Origin: Lachnospiraceae bacterium UBA7225
GTDB taxonomy: Bacteria; Bacillota; Clostridia; Lachnospirales; Lachnospiraceae
Reading direction: 5' to 3'
NCBI GenBank assembly: GCA_002473385.1
Contig: DKTR01000116.1
Span: 6,370-70,369, forward strand
DNA length: 64,000 bases
Shown here: one piece after another, positions 61,405 through 64,000 of the stretch
Layout: every line of letters starts with the position of its first letter
How positions within the stretch are numbered: position 1 is the first letter of the stretch
The notes under the pieces: model-generated
Seen by the model: the letters and a program-made list of their open reading frames with translations, nothing else
Told to the model about the DNA's origin: nothing
Database searches by the model: none
Made by a program: the position numbers and the translations under genes

Positions 61405-62580
61405 TTATTTATTGGCCTTTTCCAGGAAGCGCTGGATGCGGTCGAGCGGGCTTAACAGCTCGCTGATCGAGGCATCGTGATTCAGCGTGTCAATAATATA
61501 GGCAAGGTATTTGCTGAGGTCACAGCTTGTATAATATTTTTTTGAGAGCAGCTCCGGTGTCTGGTAGACCAGATTGGTTGTGAGCAGATAATCGAACACG
61601 CCATCCTCGTATGCCTTGTCGAATTTTTCCAGACCGTTGGTGAAAAGACCAAAGGTAGAGCAGATGAAGATCCGTCTTGCTTTCAGCTTTTTCAGCGCAG
61701 AGGCAACTTCGAGCATACTGTCGCCGGAAGAAATCATGTCGTCGATAATCACCATGTCCTTCCCCTCCACATTGGATCCGAGAAATTCATGTGCCACGAT
61801 CGGATTGCGTCCGTCTACGATCTTCGAATAATCCCTTCTCTTATAGAACATACCCATGTCCAGTCCGAGCACATTTGCCATGTAAACGGCGCGGTTCATG
61901 CCGCCTTCGTCCGGGCTGATGATCATCATGGTATCCTTGTCGATGTGAAGATCCGGTTCTGCCTTAAATAAACCTTTGATAAACTGATACACCGGCTGGA
62001 TCGTTTCAAAGCCATGCAGTGGAATGGCATTTTGCACACGCGGATCGTGTGCATCGAAGGTGAGGATATTGTCAACCCCCATATTTGCCAGCTCCTGGAG
62101 TGCCAGTGCGCAGTCAAGAGACTCACGGCCGCTTCTTTTGTGCTGGCGTCCTTCATATAAAAACGGCATGATTACCGTAATGCGCTTTGCCTTACCTTCT
62201 GCGGCAGCAATAATACGCTTCAGATCCTGAAAATGATCGTCCGGAGACATATGGTTTATGCGTCCGCTGAGAGAATAGGTGAGACTGTAGTTGCAGACAT
62301 CGACCAGAATATAAAGATCGTCGCCGCGCACGGAATCGGTAATGGTGCCTTTGGCTTCACCGGAGCCAAAACGGGGGGTTTTTGCATTCACAATGTAGCT
62401 GTCTTTTTCGTATTCACGGAATGCAATGGTTGATTTGTGTTCGTGGTCACGCTCTTTGCGCCATTGTACAAGATACTGGTTGATTTTCTCGCCAAGCTCT
62501 TTGCAGCTTTCAAGCGGAATCAGAGCAAGTGATCCCACCGGAATAGTGTCCAGGTTACGTTTTTCTGTCTGCATTATCAT
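61405..62580 (-). CDS. prs: Ribose-phosphate pyrophosphokinase
   Basis: F.SGE, PFLYEGRQH, DAH, SPDEGG, IDDMISSG. Confidence 0.94.
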   Translation of the reverse strand: MIMQTEKRNLDTIPVGSLALIPLESCKELGEKINQYLVQWRKERDHEHKSTIAFREYEKDSYIVNAKTPRFGSGEAKGTITDSVRGDDLYILVDVCNYSLTYSLSGRINHMSPDDHFQDLKRIIAAAEGKAKRITVIMPFLYEGRQHKRSGRESLDCALALQELANMGVDNILTFDAHDPRVQNAIPLHGFETIQPVYQFIKGLFKAEPDLHIDKDTMMIISPDEGGMNRAVYMANVLGLDMGMFYKRRDYSKIVDGRNPIVAHEFLGSNVEGKDMVIIDDMISSGDSMLEVASALKKLKARRIFICSTFGLFTNGLEKFDKAYEDGVFDYLLTTNLVYQTPELLSKKYYTSCDLSKYLAYIIDTLNHDASISELLSPLDRIQRFLEKANK

Positions 62581-62625
62581 TCCTCCGTAATTTCATTCAT
62601 TTATCAATATATCATAAAAGCCAAT

Positions 62626-63642
62626 TTATTCAAGGCTTTTTTTAGATCTGTTTAAACTGTTGCGCTCCATTTTCTTTAAAAGCCGGATATCCTTTCCGAA
62701 CAGCTTCAGCATCGTATAGTTCGTTGAGATACGCGAAAAGATACGCTCTGAGTAGGTATCCTTAAATGCTTTTAGCGAAAGATTTGTAGAAATAATAGTG
62801 GATTTCCGGGATGTAAGCCGCTCGTTGATGCACAGGAACAGCTCGGAATTCACAAAGGTATTTGTGATTTCTGTGCCGAGATCGTCAATGATCAGCAGAT
62901 CGCAGTCATAAATACCATCCAGGGTACCCTCCGGCTGCTCTGATTTTCCGAAACGCTTTTGCGCGATTATTTCAAAAAGCTCCTGCGCGGAAAAATATAC
63001 AACGGAATGCGTCGTGTCCAGAAGCTCCCGGGCGATGCAGTGTGAGAGGAACGTTTTCCCGACGCCGGTATCGCCGTAAAAGAACAGGTTTGCGTCTGTG
63101 GTGTCGAAATCCCGGATGAACTGACGGCAGACGGCGTGAACCTTCTGCATCCGCTCCAGAGAGGACACTCCGCTGATTTCTTCTTTCAGTTCGGCGGAGT
63201 AGTAGTCGAAGGAGAAAGTCTGGAAATTTTCTTCATCCAGAATATCGCGCAGATTTGACTGTGTGTATAAAAGATCAATCTCCGCTTTCTGGAAACAATG
63301 ACATTTCTGACCGTTTATATAGCCAAGGTCATGGCAGTCCGGACAGTCGTAAGTCAGCTCCATATAATCCGCCGGGAAACCGCCTGCGAGAAGAACCTCC
63401 TGGCGTTGTGCACCGAGGACGGCAATGTGCTTCTTTAAGGCGGAAAGGGCATTGTCATTGCCGGACAGAAGCTGTCTGGCGCACTGCACACTTGCCGATG
63501 CGATCTCGTCATCGATCTCCCGGATACGCGGCAGTTTTTCGCGCACCTCACGTACGCGCTCCTCCATCTGGCGGCGGTGCATAGTCTGGCGGCGGTAATA
63601 ATCCCGCATAATTGCGTCATATTGTGAATTGTTCAGTGCCAC
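62626..63642 (-). CDS. DnaC/DnaI-like helicase loader ATPase
   Basis: CPDC...CHC zinc motif, GDTGVGKT, LLIIDDLG.E, ISTN, RI.SR. Confidence 0.88.
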   Translation of the reverse strand: MALNNSQYDAIMRDYYRRQTMHRRQMEERVREVREKLPRIREIDDEIASASVQCARQLLSGNDNALSALKKHIAVLGAQRQEVLLAGGFPADYMELTYDCPDCHDLGYINGQKCHCFQKAEIDLLYTQSNLRDILDEENFQTFSFDYYSAELKEEISGVSSLERMQKVHAVCRQFIRDFDTTDANLFFYGDTGVGKTFLSHCIARELLDTTHSVVYFSAQELFEIIAQKRFGKSEQPEGTLDGIYDCDLLIIDDLGTEITNTFVNSELFLCINERLTSRKSTIISTNLSLKAFKDTYSERIFSRISTNYTMLKLFGKDIRLLKKMERNSLNRSKKSLE

Positions 63643-63653
63643 GTCTCTCCTCC

Positions 63654-64000
63654 TTAGCAGTCAAGAAGCTGCTGTTCAAGCTGTTCAAAGTCGTAATCAC
63701 GCTGCGGAAAGTTGTTGAATTTATTTACAGGAGCTTTGCGCCGGTTTTGCTGCGGCTTTTGCACGGGCGCTGCGGCGGGGGCGGGGCGGTCCAGTGCGGC
63801 GATATCACTTAGACGGGTGATGCCGGCTGCCTTCCAGCTTTCAAGGATTTTATCTGCATACTGGAAATTTGGCGCATGCGTGCGGTTGACAGTGCGGCGG
63901 CATGCTTCCAGAACGACCTCCAGCGAAAAATGATACTGCGTAAACCAGCGCGCCATCATTTCAGCCTCTGCCTGCGCCGGACCACGGTCTTTGATGCCGA
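63654..64000 (-). CDS. DnaD-domain replication protein (3' part; continues past window end)
   Basis: Frame open to window edge; EAC..T....F.Y...IL..W...GI, FNNF.QR.YD. Confidence 0.85.
   Translation of the reverse strand, partial: GIKDRGPAQAEAEMMARWFTQYHFSLEVVLEACRRTVNRTHAPNFQYADKILESWKAAGITRLSDIAALDRPAPAAAPVQKPQQNRRKAPVNKFNNFPQRDYDFEQLEQQLLDC

Noticed and set aside
62626-64000. IS21 IstB or prophage replication module
   Set aside because: dnaD-dnaC-prs order looks chromosomal; no IstA or phage genes in the window

Overview
64 kb of chromosome from a Firmicute, probably Lachnospiraceae-like (inferred from gene content). About 51 CDS; no rRNA, tRNA, CRISPR array or prophage seen. (1) 21-14754: tightly coupled 13-gene catabolic operon with sugar ABC permeases, two TIM-barrel isomerase/epimerases, a Gfo/Idh/MocA and a Zn dehydrogenase, a PFOR paralog, a split UxaA-family dehydratase, AbfD, thiolase, crotonase and Hbd. 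It has no CoA-transferase or Bcd/Etf, and is the best candidate for an undescribed pathway. It ends at a ~245-bp imperfect palindrome. (2) carB-PfkB kinase, L,D-transpeptidase, oppBCDFA, CAP protein, Mrp, galK, MATE. (3) 34298-49680: cell-surface region with NPCBM and C-type lectin proteins, a YARHG/FMN-binding protein, an SH3/YARHG protein, amidase, CPBP protease and signal peptidase, with argS in the middle. (4) Aminopeptidase, pduL, purL, an apparently catalytically dead but intact RAYT-like HUH protein, a yybP-ykoY riboswitch over atypical genes, mscL, yhaO/yhaN-like genes, prs, a DnaC-like gene and a partial DnaD gene. All family calls come from motif recognition by eye, not database searches.
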